From contig CATNEN010000008.1 of the NCBI GenBank assembly GCA_950097015.1, positions 2,666,001 through 2,730,000 of the forward strand: a stretch of DNA of 64,000 nt, written 5' to 3'. Numbering within the stretch: the first letter of the stretch is position 1; each line of letters starts with the position of its first letter. The stretch is from Macrostomum hystrix (Eukaryota; Animalia; Platyhelminthes). The notes below the pieces were generated by a model. It ran no database searches. It had not been told where the DNA came from and saw nothing but the letters and a program-made list of their open reading frames with translations. Shown one piece after another: positions 22,358-34,800 of this stretch. The translations under genes and the position numbers were made by a program.

Positions 22358-22685
22358 GTGAGGCAGGGGAGAGATGAGGCAGGGGAGAGATGAGGCAGGG
22401 GAGAGATGAGGCAGGGAGAGATGAGGCAGGGGAGAGATGAGGCAGGGGAGAGATGAGGCAGGGGAGAGATGAGGTAGGGGAGAGGTGAGGCAGGGGAGAG
22501 ATGAGGTAGGGGAGAGGTGAGGCAGGGGAGAGGTGAGGCAGGGGAGAGATGAGGCAGGGGAGAGATGAGGCAGGGGAGAGATGAGGCAGGGGAGAGATGA
22601 GGCAGGGGAGAGATGAGGCAGTGGAGAGATGAGGCAGGGGAGAGATGAGGCAGTTCAGAGATAAGATGAGACTGGGGAGAGATAA
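22358..22685. repeat. Purine-rich minisatellite, 16-bp unit GAGGCAGGGGAGAGAT, about 20 copies
   Basis: Directly visible. Confidence 0.95.
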
Positions 22686-24370
22686 GAAAGGGGAATCGTT
22701 TAAAGGCTTTTACCAATACGAGCACCAATGGCATATTGGTCCCACTCATATTAAGAACCCCGGATCCGCCACTGCCTAGAAACAACAAGAACCCAGAATC
22801 TAAAGGCCAGCCTAGATTGCGTGGAACAAAGCTATAAAAAATCCTTACAAATGACAAAGACAAAAGTCAAAGAGGTAAAAAATGGAATAGGTGGGTTTGC
22901 TAATACAAGCCCTCTAGAAAATAATAAGCAAAGCATATAAACTGTTCTCGTTTTATTTAAATTGTAGAAACAGGCTGCTTGCTTCGCTTGGCTTTAAAGA
23001 CTCGGGGCACATGTAAATATTCTTATTAGTTAATGAGTAATGCAATTTTAGAATATCATAATTTTCCGACAAGCCCACTGCACAGCGATAGGCTGCTATA
23101 GGACCACCAGTTAGGTGTGATACTGGCTAGACTAGCAATCCTTTTAATCACTGAATTATTAGATTTTGAAGCAGGTGAAGCACACACTGCCTAATCCGTT
23201 GCCAGAAAAGAACAGCAGCAGCAGCAGCAGTAGCAGGAATAGAAAAGAAGAGTTAGAAAATGGTGAAAGCCTACTGTCTCTAATACGATCTCGCAGTTTC
23301 AGACAAAAAGATCTTACGTTTGCTTCAAAATAAATACGACATTTAAAGTATATAAGACTTTGAAGCATAACAAGAACAAAAGAGAAAGTAAACAACAGTC
23401 ATAAGCAGTAGTTGTTATTGATAATAATGATTAATAATATGAAAGCGCAGCCGTTCTAAACATTGTTTTCTTGTTGCCAATTAGTTGCCTTCAATATCGA
23501 ACAAGCAAACATAAACAAGTATGCTAGAATGTTTAAGATGTAAATTTTCAGTGATTAACTTTAAGAAAATGTTTCGAGTTAGAACACTAGCCAGACTATT
23601 GCAAAAAACCCGGAGGTTGAGATGGCATTGATACATTGATACATTCTCAATGTTGCTGCTTATAAAAAGCAGAAAAAGCCCAGACTTATTTTTTCCAACT
23701 GACTTATTTTTAGACCAAGGGTACGTCGAATCTTTATTAATAAATCATTCCCAATAATTGAAACAAATAACAGAAAAACACTGAGAGAACAACTCCGCCG
23801 AAAGACGAACAAAGAAGCAACAGGAAAGACCTAACAAATATTTAGTTATTATGTGCAGTTTAAAAAAACTAAAAAAACTACGAAAAATGAAAAGCTTGGG
23901 AGGCAGTGAAATCAGACACAGTTAGTTTGTATTTTTAGATTTGTATTCCTAAAATTCTATGTACAAAACTGTTACAGAAATCTCAAAATAGAACACTCAC
24001 AGAAAAAGGAAAAAAACTAGAAACAAATAGTTTCTGAAAGCATTAACCCGTGAAAGAACCTCCTTTAGGTGGGATAAATATATATTTAGATAAGTGCTTA
24101 CGTAACAAAATCGGCATAAACATTTATTCAATGCTGATTTTACATTGGTTAAAGTTGCGACAAATGACTTCTGTACAGGCAAAGTGCTCAATCATTTATC
24201 ATACAGTCCGACTCTTTGTAATAAAAAATAACTATTTGTAGATAGAAGAAAAGCTTTGAAGTTGAAAAATAAAACAGCAACAACAGCAACTGCGAAGTAA
24301 AATGTTAGAAATAACAGCTAGAGAACAATAAAATAATGGATTGAAAGCAAAACTAGGAGGACGCGTACAA

Positions 24371-24722
24371 GACGGGGGAGAAGAGACGTGGAGAAGAAGA
24401 GAGACAGAGGGGAGAAACAGAGAGACGGGGGAGAAGCAGAGAGACGGGGGAGAAGGGGAGAGACGGGGAGAAGGGGAGAGACGGGGGAGAAGGAAAGAGA
24501 CGGGGGAGAAGGGGAGAGACGGGGGAGAAGGGGAGAGACGGGGGAGAAGGGGAGAGACGGGCGAGAAGGGGAGAGACGGGGGAGAAGGGGAGAGACGGGG
24601 GAGAAGGGGAGAGACGGGGGAGAAGGGGAGAGACGGGGGAGAAGGGGAGAGACGGGGGAGAAGGAAAGAGACGGGGGAGAAGGGGAGAGACGGGGGAGAA
24701 GGGGAGAGACGGGGGAGGAATG
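24371..24722. repeat. Purine-rich minisatellite, 19-bp unit GACGGGGGAGAAGGGGAGA
   Basis: Directly visible; source of the RRGRRGETGEK / SPSPPSLP ORFs. Confidence 0.95.
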
Positions 24723-25681
24723 GGGAGGCGGGATAGAAAGTAACACGGGTAACAGATGCAGGTAATATTGTTACGAATAAGCATGTAGTATATTTACACA
24801 GATAGAGAAAGAGAAATAAGCCTGCTGCCTGCTTTAAAAAATATGAAATTGGAGAAAGTCCAATGGCAGCGAAATACATATCTAGGAGTGGGGTGTATGG
24901 GACAGCCTAACGGTATGCCCAGATAGCATGTTTACATACACATAAGGAGGAAAATGGACATACAGTTTATGTGTAATATATAGTAAAATCTTTTTATCAA
25001 GCAAAACCAGCAATGTAAATTAAAAAAGAGAGCAGCTAATAAAAAAACTATACTTATTGCAGTCACTTCTAGTAGTATAATAAGTAAATTAAATAAAGTT
25101 TCGCTTTTTATAACAGCAAACTAATGGCTTAATGATAAATATAGTTAGCGACAGAGGAGCGACTCCTTATAACAAGACTATACCGCGTAAAGAAAGATAA
25201 TCGGCAACTGCAGCCCTTTTTATATATAAAATTTGAACGAAAGGACACAAAGACGAGCCAGGTAGTTAAGTAGGTTATACAAGCTTTTTTCAATGATAAA
25301 GAAGCCGACAATATAAGAAGCGGAGCGCATGCGCTAAATGTACTACTTATTATTTAGTAAAAAACTAAAAGAGTAGTCATAAACGAAGTTTATTTACAGG
25401 CGATTTTAAATATTTTAAATTCTGATTTCAAGTTTTAGTTTTTTTAATTGTTGAGTGATGCCATTTTACAAACTTTATATAATAATGAAATACATTTCAA
25501 AGAAACTGTACACAGCCCACCAGAGGACAGACAGCTGAAAGCAGACAGGCCTACAACAGTTAGTTTAAACAAGATAAAGAGTGTAATCGGGTGTGATTAG
25601 CAAAAGAGGAAAGAAAGCAAGTGAAAGCAAAGAAGGTTACAATGGTAGCTCAGTCAGCAATATCGGACAGCTGTGTTAGCG

Positions 25682-27931
25682 TCAGATCTCGCCATCGAAT
25701 GTGGCAACGTCGATATCCACCGAAGCGTTGGAGGCTAGCACAGAGTCTAGCAGGCTCAAATCTGGCGGGTCGACGCTGTTGCCAGCGGCGTTAGACAGCT
25801 CCGCCGACGAAGCTGACGAAGAGTCGACAGCGCGCAATAGGCAGCGCAGCAGATCCGGATCTTCGCCAATCTGATGATGCTGATGATGATGATGCTGCTG
25901 CTGCTGTTGCTGTTGAATGCGCTGACGCTGACGCCCTTGGCAGACTGGCAGGTGAGCATCCAGATGGGCCTTGCGACTGAACCGGTCGGGGCACAGGTGG
26001 CAGGCGTAGGGCCAGCACTGCTGTGGCTGGTGAGCAGCCAATTCGTGCCGCCGCAGATCGTTGGCCGATAACAGGCTGATGCCGCACTGCGGACAGGCGT
26101 AGGCCCGCTGATGCAGGCGACGATGTGCGTTGCAGCTGTTCTGGTAGAGGAATGCCCGGCCGCACAGGCCGCATTGGTAGGGCTTGGTCATGGCGGCCAG
26201 CTCTTTGTCACCGTGGCTGTAGTCCAGGTGCTTCTCTAATTCCCACTTTTGACGAAAAGAGGACCGACAGAAATCGCAGCTGAATGGAGTCTCACCTGGG
26301 CGAATTGCGGGATAAAGATTGCTATTGGCTCGCTAAATAGGTATATTTAGCACTGCTTTAGTGTATTTGTTTGTTTTAACTGCCGATAATCCTCAGCAAT
26401 GGGCTAATAATCCTCAGCATTCCATCACTGCCTGAGCTAATAATCCTCAGCATCCATCACTGCCTGAGCTAATAATCCTCAGCATCCATCACTGCCTGAG
26501 CTAATAATCCTCAGCATACCATCACTGCCTGAGCTAATAATCCTCAGCATCCATCACTGCCTGAGCTAATAATCCTCAGCATACCATCACTGCCTGAGCT
26601 AATAATCCTCAGCATCCATCACTGCCTGAGCTAATAATCCTCAGCATACCATCACTGCCTGAGCTAATTATCCTCAGCATTCCAAAAACAGACTTAATCG
26701 TGAATCTCTAGAAATTCTTTGCTAAAAGCATTTAATCAGAGCATATGCTGTTAAGCATTCACGTTTTTGTGCATTAATATCACAGCAAATGATAAATTGA
26801 TCTCACCTGAATGCAAGCGCAGGTGCTTCTTCAATGAAGAATTCGATGACAGACACTTGCCACAGTCCGGACAGACGACACTCTCGGCGCCCATGTGCTT
26901 ACGCCTGATGTGACTTTCCAGATTCTGGGATCGGCAAAAGCAGGTGCCGCATAGCGGGCAGCGAAACTGTTGCTCTTGGCCAGCAGCTGCTCCAGCTGAT
27001 GATGCAACAGCAGAACTGTAGCTGCTAGAATCTTCCTGCCTTTGCTGTTGAAGATGCGGAATCTGTTGCTGCTGCTGCTGATGGTGACGATACTGCAGGT
27101 AAGATTGGCGCTGCATATTGCGCAACTCTGCAGCCATCTGCTCATCGTCGACATCGTCAGCACCCGGCATTCCGTAGCACTCGCCGCTGCTAGATGGCGC
27201 TACAGCGACACTGCAGACTTCAGTGAGGACGGCGGAACAGTCCGAGAGAGTCGACAATGTGCCGCTGCCCACCTGTTGCCGATGCACCTGGATTGCAAGG
27301 AATTAGCAGCGAATGAGAAGAAGTCTGCGACTCCAGACTGAGGATCTGGGAAGATTGCGACTCCAGACTGAGTATCTGGGAAAGATTGCGACTCCAGACT
27401 GAGGATCTGGGAAGATTGAAATTCCAGACTGAGGATCTGGGAAGATTGAAATTCCAGACTGAGGATCTGGGAGGATTGTCACTAAAATAATGAGGATCTG
27501 GAAAAATTGTGACTACAGACTGAGGATCTAAGAACTTAGGGAAGATTGCGATTACAATCCAATGATATGGGACGATTCTGACTTTGACCCTAGCATTCAA
27601 GCAATTTTTAACTAGCTGAGAAGTTGTCTGGTCAGATCCTTACCTGGAGGTGTGCTAGCCAGGCGCAGGGAGTGTCAAAACTTAACCTGCATCGGCCGCA
27701 GGCCAATGAGGCCGGCCCGGACGCGCTCGGCGTTGATGTCGAATCGGAATCGGAGCAGCTGGACGAATCCGACGAGCTGGACATGGCCAGCAGGGCGAGG
27801 CAGCCGGGCTTCGAAGCTCCGGCTCCGTCGATGCCCTGATGCAGCTGATGAAGCAGCGGAGGCGGCGGAGGTGGCGGAGGCATCAAGCCCAGACGGACAA
27901 TGGGCGGCTCGCAGTCGTCATCAGTGTTCAT
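25682..27931 (-). CDS. C2H2 zinc-finger protein, 7 fingers, about 460 aa, 3 coding exons
   Basis: Exons 27931-27644, 27287-26807 and 26295-25682; GT-AG, in phase, 1383 nt. Fingers: CGRC..HLQVH (spliced), CPLC..HIRRKH, CPDC..HLRLH followed by an SGETP linker, CDFC..HLDYSH, CGLC..HRRLH, CPQC..HELAAH and CHLC..HLPVC (C2HC). PolyQ, polyP and polyS tracts are present. Confidence 0.9.
26385..26682. repeat. Intronic minisatellite, 32-33-bp unit CTGAGCTAATAATCCTCAGCAT(A)CCATCACTGC
   Basis: Directly visible; in zinc-finger gene intron 2. Confidence 0.95.
27310..27550. repeat. Intronic minisatellite, about 30-bp unit CAGACTGAGGATCTGGGAAGATTGCGACTC
   Basis: Directly visible; in zinc-finger gene intron 1. 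Confidence 0.9.
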
Positions 27932-29059
27932 TTCTGTTCTATTGTCAACTTCCGTGAACTCAAAACTCAAAACCTTAACTTTCTAATCTGGTGTTCTTTT
28001 ACAAATAAAAAGGATTACTGGCGGGTGGGGAAAGGCGGAAACACAGTGAAAGACAGCTACAAGTCTGGATGGCGAATAGCTATGTATAAACTTTGCTGTT
28101 TGAAAGACACAAAGATTTCCTGTGTATATTTTTATTGTGAGTTCAAGACTTATATTGACATTGATGGGGGCCGACTATTATTTAAAAAAAACGGGCAGTA
28201 ATTCTTTTTTTCAGTCGGCTACATTCCGGGCTGCACAGCAACTGCCGTGGCTGCGCCTGCAAATTTGTATGGAATGGTGGGTTGCATGTCACGTCTCTGT
28301 AGATAAACTTCAGAAAGATGTAACAAAAAACTAGTAATTTAGTCAAAAAAGGTCTAGATATTCATTTGGCTAGAATTGACTTTATCTAATTTAACAGTAC
28401 ATAACATAAGGAAACAAAAGCTTTTATTATATCTAGTGTTACTAAAAAACTGCCTTTTAGATAAAAAAACAAACTTGCAATAAAAAGATTTCTGCTAAAA
28501 GCCAAAAGCATAGGATATAGAAATAATATAGATAGATTAAAATTCATAGTCTTATTGTACACCAAGAACTATTCCTTGTAGGCCAACTCATAAAAAAGTT
28601 GTTTAAGTGTATATGCCAATATGCTAATTTCCAAAGCAAAAATACATTTTAAGTAAAATTTATAAAATTTATAGATTTTTTTAAATGTACCATATATTTT
28701 ATTTCACCAAATTTTCACATTTTTTATACAATTAAACAGTCATATAAGTTGACTTACAACTTGGCACTTGCATATGCCAAGTATATAGCTATACTATATG
28801 TCTATACATGCCAGGTTGAAATGGTTTGTACACCAACTTCATTTGTGTTTAAATGCATGCAAAGTTTACACTAACAACCACTGAAGACTGAAATGTATAC
28901 CAAACTAGTTCAACATAGTTTGGAGCCACTTTCCAGACTATGGGGGCTAGGCATAGTAGCATATGGTGCTAGCGTTTCTAGCTTAGCATCGCTCTCATTT
29001 GAACTAAAAGTTTTAATATCCTCGCATATGTCTATGAACTTAGTGCTACAATGCCAATA

Positions 29060-29061
<2 letters not shown>

Positions 29062-29100
<39 letters not shown>
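29062..29100. repeat. (AT)n microsatellite
   Basis: Directly visible. Confidence 0.97.
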
Positions 29101-29102
<2 letters not shown>

Positions 29103-31889
29103 CCTACAATTAAGAAATACATAGACAATACTAATAGAAAAAAACATTAGAGTAATTTACAGATATTTGCTACTTAACAAAATGATTGCTTTACTTATGG
29201 TTATGATTCCAATAATAATACCAGTTTACATAAGATTTTTAAGAGTTCAAAAGTAGAATGTTTCTTTAATATCATAACAAAATAGAAAACATATTAATTT
29301 TCTTTTTTTTAATCATTAGGTATTTTTCAACACTAATTACTTTTATTTTTAAAGAGTTTTTCTTTTTTTTATGACTGGCTTACTTTCTATAGTAACTTAT
29401 GTAGCTATAGCTATAATAAAGTAGGCCCCACAAAAGTATTTTGTTATATATCATGTTTCTGCTTTGTAGGATTTTTTATGGGCCATAAATAAATAGGCCT
29501 ATATTGTAATACTAATAACCAAGGTTTGTCAGAAATTAGAGTCCAGTCAGTCAGTCCTCTGTATTTAAAAAAGGACCCAATCAAGTTTCTTTATTATAGG
29601 TTTGACAGTGCAGATGCATTTATTATAGGAATTCATGCATAAAAATATTTTTATAAACAAAAAGGCAGAAACTAACTTAAAAATGAACACCTTATAATAA
29701 TAGCTACTTAATTTAATTAAACAATATGTCTATGCATAACCAAACCTATTCGGCTAGCTAATAAGCAATTACTAACTACCTTACAAAAATAATATCACGC
29801 TTTTGCTAGGCACCTAGATAAAAACTTAGTAGGCCTAACTTTGAAAGCAGAACAGCAAAAGATAAGACAACTGACAGGTAAAACGAATAAGAGTAACTTA
29901 CGCAATATGGCACAGAGAAGATTGCAAACGCACTTTTTCCCCTTTCACTGCTGATATATTCTGCTTCATTGCATCTCTATCTGCACATTACAATAAGGAC
30001 TATTCGATTTATTCTTGTTTTGAGAATCTGAAAAGAAACGTACAATTTAATTTGACCACAAACCGCTATACTCTATAAAACAAAATTGACAGTCTTTTGC
30101 TTTTATTTAGCTCTTTTGAATTTATTGCGTACATTGGCTTGCGTGAAAGTATTAAATTAAAAGTTTTTGGGTCCAAAATTGTAAGAAAAACGCAACTGCC
30201 ATTTTTTATGCTGATGCAAAATGCTACCCAAGTTGATTCTAGGGCGTTCTACAAACTTCATTTGGAAAATTCTTTCGGTCAAATTTTCTCTAGTGCAAAT
30301 TTAAATGTTTAATGAGACGAAAAGCAGCAAAGTAGAACAAACTGAAGCTAGGTTTTTCGTTCTCTACTGTTAGTAGCAAACTTCGGTCAAACGCAGATCG
30401 GTACAGAGTACAAAAGTGAATATGATAAGGTTGTTTTGGCTAGCCAAACCAGTATGTATTCTAGTATCTGTGGCTAATCTGTGGCTAAAGACAGCTTGAT
30501 GTCGTCATCTTTTGTACTCAAGCATGGTATTGTTAGGAAAGGAACATTTTTATTGTGTCAAATGCCACACATTTTTGCTCTTCCATGTTTTGGTTATAGT
30601 CCTACAGTAAAATAAGTCACTACCATCAAGGCTGTACAACCTATGAGACGAGTAAAAATCTCGGAGCTTGACAGATGAAGACTTTTCAACGTTTTCGTTA
30701 GCAACGAGGATTGGTTGCGACTGGCCAATTCTGGCTCCAGAACCCAGCAGCCAGGAACATCTGCGACCCTCACCTGACATGCAGCATCTAATGCAATCGT
30801 CCTGAGCATCGCGAGTTAGCCGCACATGGATTTATACGACTGATGAAATGGGGAAGACACTGATCTTTGGGCCGCTGAGATTTGTCGCAATGTCAACTTA
30901 GGGTACAGCACAGAGAAAGTCTCCGTTATGTGCCATGCACGTTGCGCTTTACAATGGAAGACATTATTGCCTAATTTTTTAAAAGGTACTCCTTTGTATT
31001 AATTTGTTCGCATAGCATGTAGGGTGTAATCAAAGGATGCAACAGACTCCTAAGCTTGAATATATAGAAGGGAAAAGTATTATCTTTAATTAAATAATAT
31101 TGCTGCTTGCCTTCAGCAGGTCTAATCTCCCGTAAGCCCTGAGACACGAATGACAGCTACTTCCGCCTTCACTATAGGGCTAAGTGCGAGTATGGTTGTG
31201 AGTTTACATTTAATTATTTTAATGAATGACAGGCGCTCGCTTAAAAAAACCTGTTTATATTTAGAATAGTTGTCAATCCAATTATAATACACTCAAACAT
31301 ACTAAAGATACATTTAGAACTGAGTATAGCGCTCGATGAGCGTTAATTAATGCTCATAGTATGTCACGTTTTCTTTCGCAGAATCAGCACGTTAATGCAT
31401 GCTGCTTGCACCTAAGATACAAATTGCATGAGCTCTATACTATACTCCGAGTGCCGAGGTCTGCCAGAATTGGAATATTATTTGCAGAAGTCAGTCTCTG
31501 ACGAATTAAGGCAATAGCGTGATTGCGTAGAGACTTGTCAATTGGGACAGAGATTGAACTGGCTGTGCTAGCAGTTCCGTGAAAGCAATTATTTCAGCTA
31601 ACCATATTCTGCTCGTGTGTAATAACCCCCGTATTTTTCTTCATTTTCATACGAGGTCGTGACCCGATCGAGAGTGGATCAGGTCATCAATATCTGATAC
31701 ATACAGCCTACTCAGGTCACAATGGATATCATGCACTGGGTGACCCCATGAAGTCATATTGCATGGAGCCAGCGATAGGATGTGAGACTTGATTTTTTTT
31801 CAGAACTAGATCTTTTGTTGCTTAGTTCACGACATATTATTTAGAAAATTCACTACTTTCCTACTATGAGGACTAAAATGGCAGGAGAC

Positions 31890-34800
31890 GACTACCAAAT
31901 GAGCAAGGCATGACTACCAAAGCTGCAAGGCGTGACTACCAAAGCTGCAAGGCGTGACTACTAAATGAGCAAGGCATGACTACCAAATGAGCAAGGCATG
32001 ACTACCAAAGCTGCAAGGCATGACTACCAAATGAGCAAGGCATGACTACCAAATGAGCAAGGCATGACTACCAAATGAGCAAGGCATGACTACCAAATGA
32101 GCAAGGCATGACTACCAAATGAGCAAGGCATGACTACCAAAGCTGCAAGGCATGACTACCAAATGAGCAAGGCATGACTACCAAATGAGCAAGGCATGAC
32201 TACCAAAGCTGCAAGGCATGACTACCAAATGAGCAAGGCATGACTACCAAATGAGCAAGGCATGACTACCAAAGCTGCAAGGCATGACTACCAAATGAGC
32301 AAGGCATGACTACCAAAGCTGCAAGGCATGACTACCAAAGCTGCAAGGCGTGACTACCAAAGCTGCAAGGCATGACTACCAAAGCTGCAAGGCGTGACTA
32401 CCAAAGCTGCAAGGCATGACTACCAAAGCTGCAAGGCATGACTACCAAAGCTGCAAGGCATGACTACCAAAGCTGCAAGGCATGACTACCAAAGCTGCAA
32501 GGCATGACTACCAAAGCTGCAAGGCATGACTACCAAAGCTGCAAGGCATGACTACCAAAGCTGCAAGGCATGACTACCAAAGCTGCAAGGCATGACTACC
32601 AAAGCTGCAAGGCATGACTACCAAAGCTGCAAGGCATGACTACCAAAGCTGCAAGGGTTGACTACCAAAGCTGCAAGGCATGACTACCAAAGCTGCAAGG
32701 CATGACTACCAAAGCTGCAAGGCATGACTACCAAAGCTGCAAGGCGTGACTACCAAAGCTGCAAGGCATGACTACCAAAGCTGCAAGGCATGACTACCAA
32801 AGCTGCAAGGCATGACTACCAAAGCTGCAAGGCATGACTACCAAAGCTGCAAGGCGTGACTACCAAAGCTGCAAGGCATGACTACCAAAGCTGCAAGGCG
32901 TGACTACCAAAGCTGCAAGGCATGACTACCAAAGCTGCAAGGCGTGACTACCAAAGCTGCAAGGCGTGACTACCAAAGCTGCAAGGCATGACTACCAAAG
33001 CTGCAAGGCGTGACTACCAAAGCTGCAAGGCATGACTACCAAAGCTGCAAGGCATGACTACCAAAGCTGCAAGGCATGACTACCAAAGCTGCAAGGCATG
33101 ACTACCAAAGCTGCAAGGCATGACTACCAAAGCTGCAAGGCGTGACTACCAAAGCTGCAAGGCATGACTACCAAAGCTGCAAGGCATGACTACCAAAGCT
33201 GCAAGGCGTGACTACCAAAGCTGCAAGGCATGACTACCAAAGCTGCAAGGCATGACTACCAAAGCTGCAAGGCATGACTACCAAAGCTGCAAGGCATGAC
33301 TACCAAAGCTGCAAGGCATGACTACCAAAGCTGCAAGGGTTGACTACCAAAGCTGCAAGGCATGACTACCAAAGCTGCAAGGCATGACTACCAAAGCTGC
33401 AAGGCATGACTACCAAAGCTGCAAGGCATGACTACCAAAGCTGCAAGGCATGACTACCAAAGCTGCAAGGCATGACTACCAAAGCTGCAAGGGTTGACTA
33501 CCAAAGCTGCAAGGCGTGACTACCAAAGCTGCAAGGCGTGACTACCAAAGCTGCAAGGCATGACTACCAAAGCTGCAAGGCGTGACTACCAAATCTGCAA
33601 GGCGTGACTACCAAAGCTGCAAGGCGTGACTACCAAAGCTGCAAGGCGTGACTACCAAATCTGCAAGGCGTGACTACCAAAGCTGCAAGGCATGACTACC
33701 AAAGCTGCAAGGCATGACTACCAAAGCTGCAAGGCGTGACTACCAAAGCTGCAAGGCATGACTACCAAAGCTGCAAGGCGTGACTACCAAAGCTGCAAGG
33801 CATGACTACCAAAGCTGCAAGGCATGACTACCAAAGCTGCAAGGCATGACTACCAAAGCTGCAAGGCGTGACTACCAAAGCTGCAAGGCATGACTACCAA
33901 AGCTGCAAGGCGTGACTACCAAAGCTGCAAGGCGTGACTACCAAAGCTGCAAGGCATGACTACCAAAGCTGCAAGGCATGACTACCAAAGCTGCAAGGCA
34001 TGACTACCAAAGCTGCAAGGCATGACTACCAAAGCTGCAAGGCGTGACTACAAAGCTGCAAGGCATGACTACCAAAGCTGCAAGGCGTGACTACCAAAGC
34101 TGCAAGGCATGACTACCAAAGCTGCAAGGCATGACTACCCAAAGCTGCAAGGCATGACTACCAAAGCTGCAAGGCATGACTACCAAAGCTGCAAGGCATG
34201 ACTACCAAAGCTGCAAGGCGTGACTACCAAAGCTGCAAGGCGTGACTACCAAAGCTGCAAGGCGTGACTACCAAAGCTGCAAGGCGTGACTACCAAAGCT
34301 GCAAGGCATGACTACCAAAGCTGCAAGGCGTGACTACCAAAGCTGCAAGGCGTGACTACCAAAGCTGCAAGGCGTGACTACCAAAGCTGCAAGGCGTGAC
34401 TACCAAAGCTGCAAGGCGTGACTACCAAAGCTGCAAGGCATGACTACCAAAGCTGCAAGGCGTGACTACCAAAGCTGCAAGGCGTGACTACCAAAGCTGC
34501 AAGGCGTGACTACCAAAGCTGCAAGGCGTGACTACCAAAGCTGCAAGGCGTGACTACCAAAGCTGCAAGGCATGACTACCAAAGCTGCAAGGCATGACTA
34601 CCAAAGCTGCAAGGCGTGACTACCAAAGCTGCAAGGCGTGACTACCAAAGCTGCAAGGCATGACTGCCAAAGCTGCAAGGCATGACTACCAAAGCTGCAA
34701 GGCATGACTACCAAAGCTGCAAGGCATGACTACCAAAGCTGCAAGGGTTGACTACCAAAGCTGCAAGGCATGACTACCAAAGCTGCAAGGCATGACTACC

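Noticed and set aside
22040-23135. Helitron-like element (ACTAG start; CCAGT..ACTGG hairpin followed by CTAG)
   Set aside because: The motifs are short, the 5' end is non-canonical, and there is no second copy in the window to set boundaries.
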